35,478 nucleotides of DNA, taken from positions 1-35,478 of IMG/VR virus record IMGVR_UViG_3300027518_000022; one strand, given 5' to 3'. Positions 17,992-26,891 of this stretch are shown here, one piece after another. Each line of letters begins with the position of its first letter. Position 1 is the first letter of the stretch. The position numbers were made by a program, and so were the translations under genes. The DNA comes from a virus (Duplodnaviria; Caudoviricetes). The notes under the pieces were generated by a model that made no database searches, was not told where the DNA came from, and saw only the letters and a list, made by a program, of their open reading frames with translations.

Positions 17992-18698
17992 GTCGCGATT
18001 GAGACGGAAGCGACTGGGAAACATCCGCCTTCACCTTGACCTTGACCGCCTCTGTCGTTGATTCCTAAATACGACGATCCGACATCGAACATTGGGAATG
18101 TCCTGACAAATGGATACGGTCCAGATGTGTCTACTCTTTCAATTTCAACGTTGATGATCAGGGGGCTTCCAACAATAGCCCAAACGTAGTTACCGTCTTG
18201 ATCTTTTGCTGGCCTTGGAATTGGAGCGTGCATAGTCACATCTAACGTCCAATACCCGATATCTTCGGTAAAATTCAAAATCTTAGAATAACGAAACCCA
18301 GAAAAACCGACCCCACTGAAATATATGGATTCTTCGTCTGGGTCAGTATATCTTTCAAAGAGCTTTACCTGCGTGTCCCATTTATAGTCGAGGTTAAACG
18401 TTTCAAGTTGAGTTCGCGTATCGTAATATTTCCAAGTTCCCGATTCGCAAACGACCGAATAAGCTACATCCTCTGGGAAATCTTCGCCAAATTCCGCGTT
18501 AAAAGCAGCAGAGTTAAACTCGAAAGCGAACGTGAATTCCTTCGCCGTAAGCAAATCGCAAACCTTCCCCGGCGGGACTCTCCAATCGCCAGCAACGTTC
18601 CATTTTGGAAACTCTTCTGTGGTATCAATTTCAAAAAACGTATCAGGCACAGCAAACGGCCACGCCATGCGATAGCGATTCTGAAAAGGCGCGATCAT
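17976..18698 (-). CDS. Hypothetical protein (tail tip operon)
   Basis: 240 aa aromatic/acidic ORF, last gene of the tape measure operon. Confidence 0.65.
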   Translation of the reverse strand: MIAPFQNRYRMAWPFAVPDTFFEIDTTEEFPKWNVAGDWRVPPGKVCDLLTAKEFTFAFEFNSAAFNAEFGEDFPEDVAYSVVCESGTWKYYDTRTQLETFNLDYKWDTQVKLFERYTDPDEESIYFSGVGFSGFRYSKILNFTEDIGYWTLDVTMHAPIPRPAKDQDGNYVWAIVGSPLIINVEIERVDTSGPYPFVRTFPMFDVGSSYLGINDRGGQGQGEGGCFPVASVSIATHFPA

Positions 18699-19342
18699 AG
18701 GAACGTTGGAACAACGCGCGTCCTGCTTTGATCTGGCACGGTTGTTAGCGTGTAGGCGAGCGTTGGGTATGGACTGACTAGCTTTGTGGCCCAGACGTTT
18801 TCAGCGATCAAAATGGCATCACCAGTGTTTGGTGGATCGCCTGGCGCAGGAGGTTCAACGTATTCGACTTTGTGGAGCGGGATTCTGGTAACTTGCCAAT
18901 CAAACGGATCGGGGCCGAATTCGTAGGCGGAAGGGTAACTTTCCCAATCTGCTTGGGCTAAAACTTCAATTGTAATAATCGGGTTTAAAAGAAAATCATT
19001 AATTGGACCAACCATCTTTGCAACTACCCATTTATCTTGGGCAAGTTCAAACGGCGTAATTTCAATGGTGATTTCTCGCGTTACATCTTCAAGCGAATAG
19101 GTGACGGAAGGGTTAAGCAACGTCCATTTCTCTGGTTCACTCTTCGATCTTTCCAAGTCCCATCGAAAAGAACTTGTCGCGGTGCTGAAGATATGCGGCG
19201 GTAGCCATCCGTTTTCTGTCTCTGACCATCCCGGTCTGCCACCGGGGTTGACGCCGTGTTTTTTTGCAGCAGCAACGACGGCGTTTAACGCGTTGACAAA
19301 GTTTGTGTTGCCGCTTTTGAATGTTGGGAATGAGTAACTCAT
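18695..19342 (-). CDS. Putative minor tail protein
   Basis: Second gene downstream of the tape measure gene; overlapping stop/start. Confidence 0.55.
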   Translation of the reverse strand: MSYSFPTFKSGNTNFVNALNAVVAAAKKHGVNPGGRPGWSETENGWLPPHIFSTATSSFRWDLERSKSEPEKWTLLNPSVTYSLEDVTREITIEITPFELAQDKWVVAKMVGPINDFLLNPIITIEVLAQADWESYPSAYEFGPDPFDWQVTRIPLHKVEYVEPPAPGDPPNTGDAILIAENVWATKLVSPYPTLAYTLTTVPDQSRTRVVPTFL

Positions 19343-19968
19343 CACTCTGCTGCTTTTGGTTCAACGAGATTTTTCCACGTTTCTGTCACTGCCCAAACAG
19401 TCTTTGCCAGACGCACGCGCTGGAATCCTGCAAGCACGCCTTCAAGTTCATATTGGCCCGCGATGTCGCCAGTAAAGTTCGGCGGATTCGGTTGTCGAAG
19501 CAAACCCACCGGAAGGCTTGTTGGAACCACGCCGGGAAACTTTGGTTTTTTTGGATATGTCTTTGATCTGCTGATCCATCGCGTTGTCGCAGTCTGGGCA
19601 AAATATCGGAAACTCACGTTTTCTCCTGTTGTGGTGGTGATTGTCACGCTTTCCTCTGCAATGTCATCAGTGATGTCGATGACGCCTTTGTCCGTATCAG
19701 TTGCGTCAAGAAATCCGAGGTAATTCAGAACGACATCGCAAACCGGCCCACGTTCCTGCCACGATACGGTCTGAAGGAACATGTTTTTGTATGTTGAATG
19801 AGCCGCGCCACGCTTCCATTGCGCCAGCTCCGCGTTAAGCTGCGCGTTCGCAGTCCCCACAGCGCCGCGTCGGGTCACGGTCAATGTGTCAGGGCCGTCG
19901 AACCCCTTAGCGGAATCGACTGAAAAATCGCGGAATGACGTTGTTCCTCTAGATGCGGCGGTTGGCAT
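19342..19968 (-). CDS. Putative distal tail/hub protein
   Basis: Directly follows the tape measure gene; beta-rich. Confidence 0.55.
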   Translation of the reverse strand: MPTAASRGTTSFRDFSVDSAKGFDGPDTLTVTRRGAVGTANAQLNAELAQWKRGAAHSTYKNMFLQTVSWQERGPVCDVVLNYLGFLDATDTDKGVIDITDDIAEESVTITTTTGENVSFRYFAQTATTRWISRSKTYPKKPKFPGVVPTSLPVGLLRQPNPPNFTGDIAGQYELEGVLAGFQRVRLAKTVWAVTETWKNLVEPKAAE

Positions 19969-19969
19969 G

Positions 19970-21730
19970 TCAGTTAACGGTTACGGCGGATTTGATGTTG
20001 CTTTCAATGGATTGAAGAGATGCGGCTTGTTGCTCTTGCAGCGAAAGGTTCTTTTTCGCTTCCTTGTCGTTTGCCGATGTGTTGAGACGGCGCTTTTCGC
20101 CAAGGCCGCCGGTCGAAAGGCCAGACGCAATTCCTAAGCGGGAGCGATCTTGGGAAAACGCATTGCCGCCGCCGAGCGCCGCCCCAGGCTCGCCAAACAA
20201 TCGCCCATTGCGGCTGCTCATTGCAGATCGAGGAGGGCCAAATTGCTGGAACCTTGGATCTGGAGGGCCGTAGGTTGTGCCGTCGATCTGCGGGACTTTG
20301 TAGGAGTCTTCTTTTGCAGCGGCGGCGGCGGCGGCAGCGGCAGCGGCAGCGGCTTTGTCGGTGGTGTCTTGTTTTTTATCGTTTGCCTCTTGTTGGCGCT
20401 TGGCCTTTTCAGCATCTCGCGTCTTTGCGAATTCATCCGCCGCCTCCTTGATTCGGTCGCCAAGCTCCGTAAAGCGTTTAGCGTCCTCCTCGGGCATCTT
20501 CATTACATCGCCAGCCGCTTCAAAGTTTTTCTTGAACTGCTCAAAGAATGATGGGCCGCCTTCTTTCTCTGCGGCCTTGGCCTCCATCTCGGCATCAATT
20601 ACATCCGCCGACGCCCTATTGTAATCAGCGGCGACCTTTGCTCTTTCACCAAGAATCGGCTCAAGGCTCTCAAGAAGATCTGCGCCAGCCAAAAGCAAAG
20701 CCTGTCGCAGCTTCATCCCAACGGTTTCAAACATTTCGCCAGCTTCGCCGCCCTTAAACATTTCGATGACTGCTGAAATGCCCTTGGCGAGAAAGTTTAC
20801 TGACTCAATAAATGCATTTTTAAGAGTCAGCCCTGCGTATTCAAACATTTCACCAAGGTCTAGGGCTTGGAACATGCCTTTGATGTTGTCGATAGTGCCA
20901 GCAAACATTTCACCGAGTTTTAATCCGAGCGCGGCGAAGTCAAACGCTTCAAACGTGGTCAAAATCTCGTCAATATCGCCAGCAATCGGCTCAAGAAACC
21001 CAACGAAGAAGCCTTGAAGCTTTTCGGGAATCCTCGCCATCTTGTCAGAGATCGAATCAAACAATCCTGCGGAGCGATCAAGGATTTCCGCTTGAGTCCC
21101 AAGGAAAGCGCCAGCATTGGCAAACGCTTGCCCATCCGCGAAGAGCGTCAAAAGCTCACCGCCGGATTTGCCAAATAGCTGCATCGCGACCGCAGCCCTT
21201 TCCGCTGGAGATTGAATTGCCGCAATCTTGCTTTGGATCAGCTCAAACTGCGCGGCTGGATCAAGCTTTGCAATATCCTCAAACTTGATGCCCAGCGTCT
21301 CAAAAGGTTTGGTGGCCGTCTTTGATCCATTGCCGAAATCCGTAATGGTTTTCTGGAGCTTGTTGATCACGCCGCCTATCTTGTCCGCCGAGACGCCATT
21401 GTCCTCAAAGGCTCGGCCCAGTTTTGCTAGGTCGCCTGCGGCAATTCCCGTGCGAGCTGAAAGGTCAGCGAGCTTTCCGCCTAGATCGGCTGCGCTTTTG
21501 ATTCCGACAATAAGTCCCGCGCCTGCGGCGGCGGCTCCGAGTGCCGCGAGTTTAATGGTGGCAACCCCTGCGCTTTTAACGATGCCGCCTATCGCGCTGC
21601 TGGCGCTACCGAGAGACTTTCCGATTCCATCTCCCGTATTTCGCGCCAAAACTCCAGCCCTCCGCATCGTCGCGGAGAAGCCGGTCATATCCGCCGAGAT
21701 GGTAGTTTTAAGGTCAGCTTTTGCGGCCAT
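19970..21730 (-). CDS. Tail tape measure protein
   Basis: DLKTTISADMTGFS start, LADLSARTGI, ERAAVAMQLFGKSGGELL; Ala-rich helical protein. Confidence 0.9.
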   Translation of the reverse strand: MAAKADLKTTISADMTGFSATMRRAGVLARNTGDGIGKSLGSASSAIGGIVKSAGVATIKLAALGAAAAGAGLIVGIKSAADLGGKLADLSARTGIAAGDLAKLGRAFEDNGVSADKIGGVINKLQKTITDFGNGSKTATKPFETLGIKFEDIAKLDPAAQFELIQSKIAAIQSPAERAAVAMQLFGKSGGELLTLFADGQAFANAGAFLGTQAEILDRSAGLFDSISDKMARIPEKLQGFFVGFLEPIAGDIDEILTTFEAFDFAALGLKLGEMFAGTIDNIKGMFQALDLGEMFEYAGLTLKNAFIESVNFLAKGISAVIEMFKGGEAGEMFETVGMKLRQALLLAGADLLESLEPILGERAKVAADYNRASADVIDAEMEAKAAEKEGGPSFFEQFKKNFEAAGDVMKMPEEDAKRFTELGDRIKEAADEFAKTRDAEKAKRQQEANDKKQDTTDKAAAAAAAAAAAAAKEDSYKVPQIDGTTYGPPDPRFQQFGPPRSAMSSRNGRLFGEPGAALGGGNAFSQDRSRLGIASGLSTGGLGEKRRLNTSANDKEAKKNLSLQEQQAASLQSIESNIKSAVTVN

Positions 21731-21802
21731 GCTCAAACCCCTCTACAAAACGACGCTAAAATTCAACTTGCGTTTTTCATTCGTTTTGTGGACTCCTCCG
21801 GC
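21731..21802. promoter_or_regulatory. Back-to-back divergent late promoter pair
   Basis: CAA-C-TTG at 21764-21770; minus motif CGTTTTGTAG at 21752 (ATG 21730); plus motif CGTTTTGTGG at 21782 (ATG 21803). Confidence 0.75.
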
Positions 21803-21979
21803 ATGGATACGAAACTTCTCCTTGGCCTTCTCCTCCGTCACGGTCTGACCATCGCAGGTGGTTACGCGACCGGGGCTGGTATCGTCTCACAGGCCGATCT
21901 CCAGACCGGTATCGGTGCAGCGGTCGCGCTTATAGGCGTCGTGATGTCGGCTCTCGAAAAACGCAAGCGGATCAAATGA
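21803..21979 (+). CDS. Putative holin
   Basis: 58 aa, two hydrophobic segments, LLRHGLTIAGG motif, basic C-terminus, coupled to the endolysin gene. Confidence 0.75.
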   Translation: MDTKLLLGLLLRHGLTIAGGYATGAGIVSQADLQTGIGAAVALIGVVMSALEKRKRIK

Positions 21980-22680
21980 CAAAAGCTGAGATCGTCGAAA
22001 TCCAAACGCGCCTCAAGGCCCATGGCTTTGAACCTGGTGAATTGGATGGAATGATCGGGCCGAAAACCCGAGCGGCGATCATCGCGTTTAAGGTGTCGAA
22101 AGCCCTATCGCCTCGCGACTACGTTGGGCCGATCACGCTGGCCGAGTTGCGCAAGGAGCCGCAGGCATCGGTCGCACCTCCAAAGGTCGCGGGAGAGCCT
22201 ATTTGGCTACGCCGCGCAAGGCAGGAAATCGGCGTTTCCGAGATTGCCGGGCGGCAGCATAGCAAGCGCATCTTGTCGTATTGGCAGCTTGCCAAGCTCT
22301 ACTTCTCCGACGACGAGACTCCTTGGTGCGCCGGTTATGTCAACGCAATGCTCGAGGATTGCGGGATTGCCGGAACTCGCAGCGGCATGGCGCGAAGCTT
22401 TGAAAAGTGGGGGCAACCCTGCGGCCCCATTCCCGGGGCCATCGTTGTTTTCTGGCGCGGCTCGAAATCGAGCGGATCCGGCCACGTTGGATTTGTGACC
22501 GGGAAAGATCAATACGGCAATATCATGGTCCTAGGTGGCAACCAAGGCGATGCGGTCAACGTCAAGCCTTTCGACACTTCCCGAGTCGTTGGCTACAGAT
22601 GGCCGAAAGGTTTTGATATTGGAAGCGATGCGCTTGAAACCGTGACCACCGACGGGCAAACGTCCAAAAACGAAGCATGA
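21976..22680 (+). CDS. Endolysin (peptidoglycan-binding domain plus CHAP/NlpC-like catalytic domain)
   Basis: DGMIGPKTRAAIIAF binding motif; DETPWCAGYV, GHVGFV, LGGNQGDAV catalytic motifs. Confidence 0.88.
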   Translation: MTKAEIVEIQTRLKAHGFEPGELDGMIGPKTRAAIIAFKVSKALSPRDYVGPITLAELRKEPQASVAPPKVAGEPIWLRRARQEIGVSEIAGRQHSKRILSYWQLAKLYFSDDETPWCAGYVNAMLEDCGIAGTRSGMARSFEKWGQPCGPIPGAIVVFWRGSKSSGSGHVGFVTGKDQYGNIMVLGGNQGDAVNVKPFDTSRVVGYRWPKGFDIGSDALETVTTDGQTSKNEA

Positions 22681-22796
22681 TACCTTCCGCCATCTTTGGC
22701 TCGCTCCTGATGATCGCGGCTTTCGTCTTGGTCATCAAGTGCACCAAGGATGATGACGACGATGATTTTCCCGATTACCCCAGCGGATACCGATAA
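22677..22796 (+). CDS. Small membrane peptide (39 aa)
   Basis: Own translation MIPSAIFGSLLMIAAFVLVIKCTKDDDDDDFPDYPSGYR*; ATGA overlap with the endolysin stop. Confidence 0.5.
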   Translation: MIPSAIFGSLLMIAAFVLVIKCTKDDDDDDFPDYPSGYR

Positions 22797-22800
22797 ACTC

Positions 22801-23232
22801 ATGGACGAGGCAAAAAGAGACAGAATTCTGGCAGGCATCGCAAGACGACCGAACGCGGCCAACTACGACATCTCGAAAAACCTCTCTGCGGTGACATCTG
22901 CGGAGGTTGCCGAGGTCAGGGCGTCGATGACAGGCGAAGTGATGAGATGGCCGCAGGACGACAAAGAGAGCGAACTAGAGGCCATTCCGTTGAACCAAAA
23001 GCGAGTGATGCCGCAAAAACCACAAGGCTCAGACTGCCGCCGAAGACTGCATGAGATCAAGCGGGGCGTCTGCTATCGAGTCGCGGACTTCGCCCAGCAC
23101 ATTGGAGCCTCAGAGGACACAATCAGGCGTCACGCTAAAAGCCTCCATTGCCTCAAATGGGTAGAGATGTCGCCAGACAATTTCGAGGAGGCCGTGATGA
23201 ATCCAGAAACCGCCAAGCAATACATGCGATGA
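22801..23232 (+). CDS. Hypothetical protein, possible HTH
   Basis: YRVADFAQHIGASEDTIRRHAK resembles an HTH. Confidence 0.55.
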   Translation: MDEAKRDRILAGIARRPNAANYDISKNLSAVTSAEVAEVRASMTGEVMRWPQDDKESELEAIPLNQKRVMPQKPQGSDCRRRLHEIKRGVCYRVADFAQHIGASEDTIRRHAKSLHCLKWVEMSPDNFEEAVMNPETAKQYMR

Positions 23233-24224
23233 ACGAAGAGATCGACCTTTCCAATAAGCTCGTCAGCGACTCCGACGCAATGAACCGCGTCGTAAAGGCA
23301 CAGGCGGAACTGGCGAAGGCAAGGGCGGAAGTCTCCGCATTGCGAAAAGATCGCGATGATGCCTTGGACGAATACAATGCATTGCGAGCGGCGAAGTTTC
23401 CGATTAAGCGGGACTACACACCGAAGCCTAAGACCAAAACCGAAACCGTCCGAATCATCGCCAACGATGTCCACGGCTCCATGATGGATCGGCCAGCGGT
23501 CGAAGCTTTTCTCGCAGACGTTCGCCGGATCCAGCCCGATGAGATCGTTCTCAACGGTGACATCGTGGAGTGTGGCGGCTTCCTCGCGAAGCATCACGCG
23601 GCCAACTACATCGCCCAGACGACCTACAGTTATCAGGATGACATCGCGCACGGGAACTGGTTCCTTGATCAGTTGCAGGATGCGGCTCCTAACGCGCAAA
23701 TTCATTTCATCGAGGGCAATCATGAGGATCGTGTCGAGCGTTGGGTGATTGACGAAACCATGTCAAACTCCCGTGACTCTGAGTTTCTGCGGCAGCTCAA
23801 CGCGCCCGAGTTCCTACTTAAGCTCAAAGAGCGGGGCGTTATTTACTACCGGCGATCTGAGACGCACGTTCCCGGCCTTCCTCCCGGCTGGATCAAAATG
23901 GGGAAAATCTTTTTCGTGCATGAATTAAGCGGCAGCAAAAACGCCGCGAGCGATTCGGTATCAAGGACGGCAGGAAACGTAGTCTTTGCCCATACCCATC
24001 GCGAGGACAGTGCCACAAGAGTCCTTCCCGGCGTCGGCCTCGTCAAAGCTTGGAATCCCGGCTGTCTTTGCCAGCGGCAACCCCTCTGGAGGCATTCGGA
24101 CCCGACTGGATGGAGTCACGGCTACGGCTATCAGGTCATTGCCAAATCGGGCGAGTTCCTGCACATCAACGTTCCGATCTGGGAGGGTAGAAGTCTCCTC
24201 GGCAACATGCTCGACGGTCGATGA
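23229..24224 (+). CDS. Calcineurin-like metallophosphoesterase with N-terminal coiled coil
   Basis: NDVHG, LNGDIVE, EGNHEDR, FAHTHR motifs. Confidence 0.88.
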   Translation: MNEEIDLSNKLVSDSDAMNRVVKAQAELAKARAEVSALRKDRDDALDEYNALRAAKFPIKRDYTPKPKTKTETVRIIANDVHGSMMDRPAVEAFLADVRRIQPDEIVLNGDIVECGGFLAKHHAANYIAQTTYSYQDDIAHGNWFLDQLQDAAPNAQIHFIEGNHEDRVERWVIDETMSNSRDSEFLRQLNAPEFLLKLKERGVIYYRRSETHVPGLPPGWIKMGKIFFVHELSGSKNAASDSVSRTAGNVVFAHTHREDSATRVLPGVGLVKAWNPGCLCQRQPLWRHSDPTGWSHGYGYQVIAKSGEFLHINVPIWEGRSLLGNMLDGR

Positions 24225-24553
24225 AAAGTTTCGAGCAAGCGTTCCGATCCGCGCAGGATGCCCTCGGCCTTGCTCATTACGACGTTCGCTTTTCGGTTGA
24301 GCCTGGTGCGGGAAATTACGCTAGCATCGAACCGGACCCAGCATCCTGCACTGCGATCTGCCGCGTTGATGTTGAGCTTTGCGAGCGAGAGCAGCAAACG
24401 GAGCAGGTCGCCGCGCATGAGGTTTTGCATCTCCTTCTTGCGGAGCTTCGCCATGCCGCGTCAATCTCAGACGAGACTGCGGACTGGGTCGAGGAGCAGA
24501 CCGTGCGGAAAATAGAGGCGGTGGTTTTTAAGGGGCTGTTCACGCAAACGTGA
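24221..24553 (+). CDS. Small HExxH protein (putative metallopeptidase fold)
   Basis: AAHEVLHLLL followed by a downstream EE. Confidence 0.6.
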   Translation: MKSFEQAFRSAQDALGLAHYDVRFSVEPGAGNYASIEPDPASCTAICRVDVELCEREQQTEQVAAHEVLHLLLAELRHAASISDETADWVEEQTVRKIEAVVFKGLFTQT

Positions 24554-24810
24554 ACGTAAGACGAATGAGTTGCCTTTGCTCGCCTGTCCTTGGCTTTGTC
24601 TGCGCGCAGCATCGCGGACGAGAGCAATGCCCGTGGGATCCTGACGACCTGCCGGGGCGTCTGCGCGGATTCGGGCATCGCGGAGCCGATCAAGATGGAT
24701 ACGACGGCTCAGAGTGGATCTGGCCGCAGGAGGATTTCGAGGCTCAGATTATCGAGGCGGCTCGCGTGCTCCTCGATGCGGTCGAGATCGAGGTGGCAGA
24801 AGGGTTTTAA
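24550..24810 (+). CDS. Hypothetical protein
   Basis: GTG start overlapping the previous stop; ends just before the T-rich intergenic region. Confidence 0.4.
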   Translation: MNVRRMSCLCSPVLGFVCAQHRGREQCPWDPDDLPGRLRGFGHRGADQDGYDGSEWIWPQEDFEAQIIEAARVLLDAVEIEVAEGF

Positions 24811-24849
24811 GGTTTTTTGCAAAAAAACGTTTCTGGTGGTTTTTTTTGT

Positions 24850-24878
24850 TTGACGTGTAAACCGAGTTGTGGCAATCT
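24850..24878 (+). promoter_or_regulatory. Putative early sigma70 promoter
   Basis: TTGACG-17 nt-CAATCT with TG extension and A/T tracts upstream; ATG 6 nt after the -10. Confidence 0.65.
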
Positions 24879-24884
24879 CTCGCC

Positions 24885-25067
24885 ATGGCAACACCAGAAC
24901 CTAAAACGGTTGCAACCAAGCTCGACGAGGATTCCCTTGTCGGCCTTGGGCGCGTAGCCGAAGAGACGGGCCTCAAAATCGCCGACCTGTTAAGAATTGC
25001 AGTTCGTGAGTTTTTGGCCAAATACAACGAGACCGGGAAGCTTGAGCTTGGAAAGGGGGCAGTATGA
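24885..25067 (+). CDS. Ribbon-helix-helix (CopG/Arc-like) regulator
   Basis: KTVATKLDEDSLVGLGRVAEETGLKIADLLRIAVREFL pattern; first gene of the early operon. Confidence 0.7.
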   Translation: MATPEPKTVATKLDEDSLVGLGRVAEETGLKIADLLRIAVREFLAKYNETGKLELGKGAV

Positions 25068-25333
25068 ACATTCTTCAAAATCGCAAAGAGGACAACCTCC
25101 GCGCACGCATGGCGGAGTTTTTCGACTTTTCAACAGTCGACACCGTGCAGGACATCATCAACCGCGCTTTTGAGGCCGGAGTCGCGGCCAAAAGCGATGC
25201 GGACTTCTTCGCAATAGAGGACGCGCTCCGCCGCGCTCGCGCTCGCTACGAGGCCCAGCGCCGCACTGAGCCCGTTGCGTTCCTCGACGTTGAGCCTGGA
25301 ACCTTAATTAAGTTGGCCGTCCATGAACTTTGA
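25064..25333 (+). CDS. Hypothetical protein
   Basis: ORF track; ATGA overlap. Confidence 0.6.
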   Translation: MNILQNRKEDNLRARMAEFFDFSTVDTVQDIINRAFEAGVAAKSDADFFAIEDALRRARARYEAQRRTEPVAFLDVEPGTLIKLAVHEL

Positions 25334-25420
25334 TCCCATCGACTTCATCATCAAGCTGCTGACGACGCTCGCCGTCTTCGCAGTTTGGAACGTCCCGGCC
25401 CTTTTCGATCTGATCTGGCC

Positions 25421-25621
25421 ATGATTCCACATTCCGTTTCCGGTATCGTGAAACGATACCTCCTCGACGGTCCAAACGCTGAAACGCTTGTGACAATCGA
25501 GATCGAGCGGTCCGAAGTCGTCGCGGTCATCGACAACGAAACTGGCGAGGAACTCCCGGTCGAGTCGATTGGACGGCGTGACTACGACTATGCCATCGAC
25601 TTTCTTATTACCCGAATTTGA
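25421..25621 (+). CDS. Hypothetical protein
   Basis: Internal ATG of ORF 25385..25621. Confidence 0.55.
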   Translation: MIPHSVSGIVKRYLLDGPNAETLVTIEIERSEVVAVIDNETGEELPVESIGRRDYDYAIDFLITRI

Positions 25622-25622
25622 T

Positions 25623-25865
25623 ATGAACATCGAACAACTGTTGGCAGTGCATGAGCGCGAAACTGACGCTCTCCTTGCTGAAATCCGCGCCTTCCGCCGT
25701 CGCAAGCGTGAGTCCTGCGACCATCTGATCTATGACGGCCTCGCTGTCCAGGTGCGCATGCTCAAAAACCTAGGCATCCGGCTCAACGCCGTCGATGCCA
25801 TCGAGGAGGAGCTTTACGGGCTGGCGCTTGACATTTTTCCCGATAACGGGCAGGGGCGCGACTGA
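25623..25865 (+). CDS. Hypothetical protein
   Basis: MNIEQLL start 1 nt after the previous stop. Confidence 0.6.
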   Translation: MNIEQLLAVHERETDALLAEIRAFRRRKRESCDHLIYDGLAVQVRMLKNLGIRLNAVDAIEEELYGLALDIFPDNGQGRD

Positions 25866-25896
25866 TACGCGGAATAACAAAAAAAGAAAACCAACA

Positions 25897-26073
25897 ATGG
25901 CAAACAAAAACACACTTCGCCTTCGTCGCTTGATGGAATCCAGCCGCAAAACTGGCGCGGCAATGGTCACGGAAAACAACCACAAGTGGAAGGGCGAGAA
26001 GACATCGGATTACGACAAGATTGTAGGCGCAATCCGCGAACAAACTCGCCGCCTCTACGGGCGATCCGCCTAA
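25897..26073 (+). CDS. Small basic hypothetical protein
   Basis: ATG after an A-rich leader. Confidence 0.5.
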   Translation: MANKNTLRLRRLMESSRKTGAAMVTENNHKWKGEKTSDYDKIVGAIREQTRRLYGRSA

Positions 26074-26126
26074 CCCGTTCAGCACAAAACCGGGCCGCGC
26101 ATGGTAAAAACGCGGAATAAAAAGAG

Positions 26127-26891
26127 ATGACTACAGAAATCGCAAAACAAGAACCGCCGCGAACCATCAAGGCGCTAATCAATACGGATGCAGTCCGCCA
26201 GCAAATCGCTCGCGCACTGCCTTCCCACATGACGCCGGATCGTTTCCTGCGTGTCGCTACTACGCTTCTCCTGCGCTCTCCCAAGCTCGCGGAATGCTCG
26301 CAAGAGAGCTTCATGCGAGCGATGCTCGACTGCTCATCGCTGGGCCTTGAGCCTGACGGGCGGCGCTGCCACCTCATCCCCTATGGTAAAGAGGTTCAGC
26401 TTATCGTTGACTGGAAAGGCCTTGTCGAACTGGCGAAACGATCCGGTGAGGTCGTCGCATGGAAGGCCGAGACGGTAAAGGAAAACGATTCCTTTGAGTG
26501 GATCAACGGAGAGATCAGCCATTCGGTCAACTGGCGGGAAGATCGCGGCAAGCTCCAGGCGGTCTATTCAATCGTCAAAATGACCAACGGCGACATCGAC
26601 ACCGAGGTCATGACGTTGGCCGAGGTCGAAGCGATTCGCAAACGCTCTAAAGCGAGCGGATCCGGCCCATGGGTCACTGATTTCGAGGAGATGGCCAAAA
26701 AGACGGTGATTCGCCGCCACAGCAAGCGCCTGACGCTTTCGCCTGAGTTCCACGACGCGCTCGAGAAGGACGGCGATAAGCTCGCTGACATCTATGTCAA
26801 CCGCGCCGCCAACGAGGCCGCGAAGGTTTCGTTCTCGCAGCCCGCTATTGAGGCGGAATCTGAAATCGTTGAAAAAGGAGGTGAGGCATGA
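26127..26891 (+). CDS. recT: RecT-family single-strand annealing recombinase
   Basis: ALPSHMTPDRFLRVA, LGLEPD, HLIPYG, WKGLVELAKRSG, GPWVTDFEEMAKKTVIRR. Confidence 0.93.
   Translation: MTTEIAKQEPPRTIKALINTDAVRQQIARALPSHMTPDRFLRVATTLLLRSPKLAECSQESFMRAMLDCSSLGLEPDGRRCHLIPYGKEVQLIVDWKGLVELAKRSGEVVAWKAETVKENDSFEWINGEISHSVNWREDRGKLQAVYSIVKMTNGDIDTEVMTLAEVEAIRKRSKASGSGPWVTDFEEMAKKTVIRRHSKRLTLSPEFHDALEKDGDKLADIYVNRAANEAAKVSFSQPAIEAESEIVEKGGEA

Noticed and set aside
20317-20353. GCG/GCA trinucleotide run
   Set aside because: Encodes a poly-Ala stretch in the tape measure protein; no further structure.
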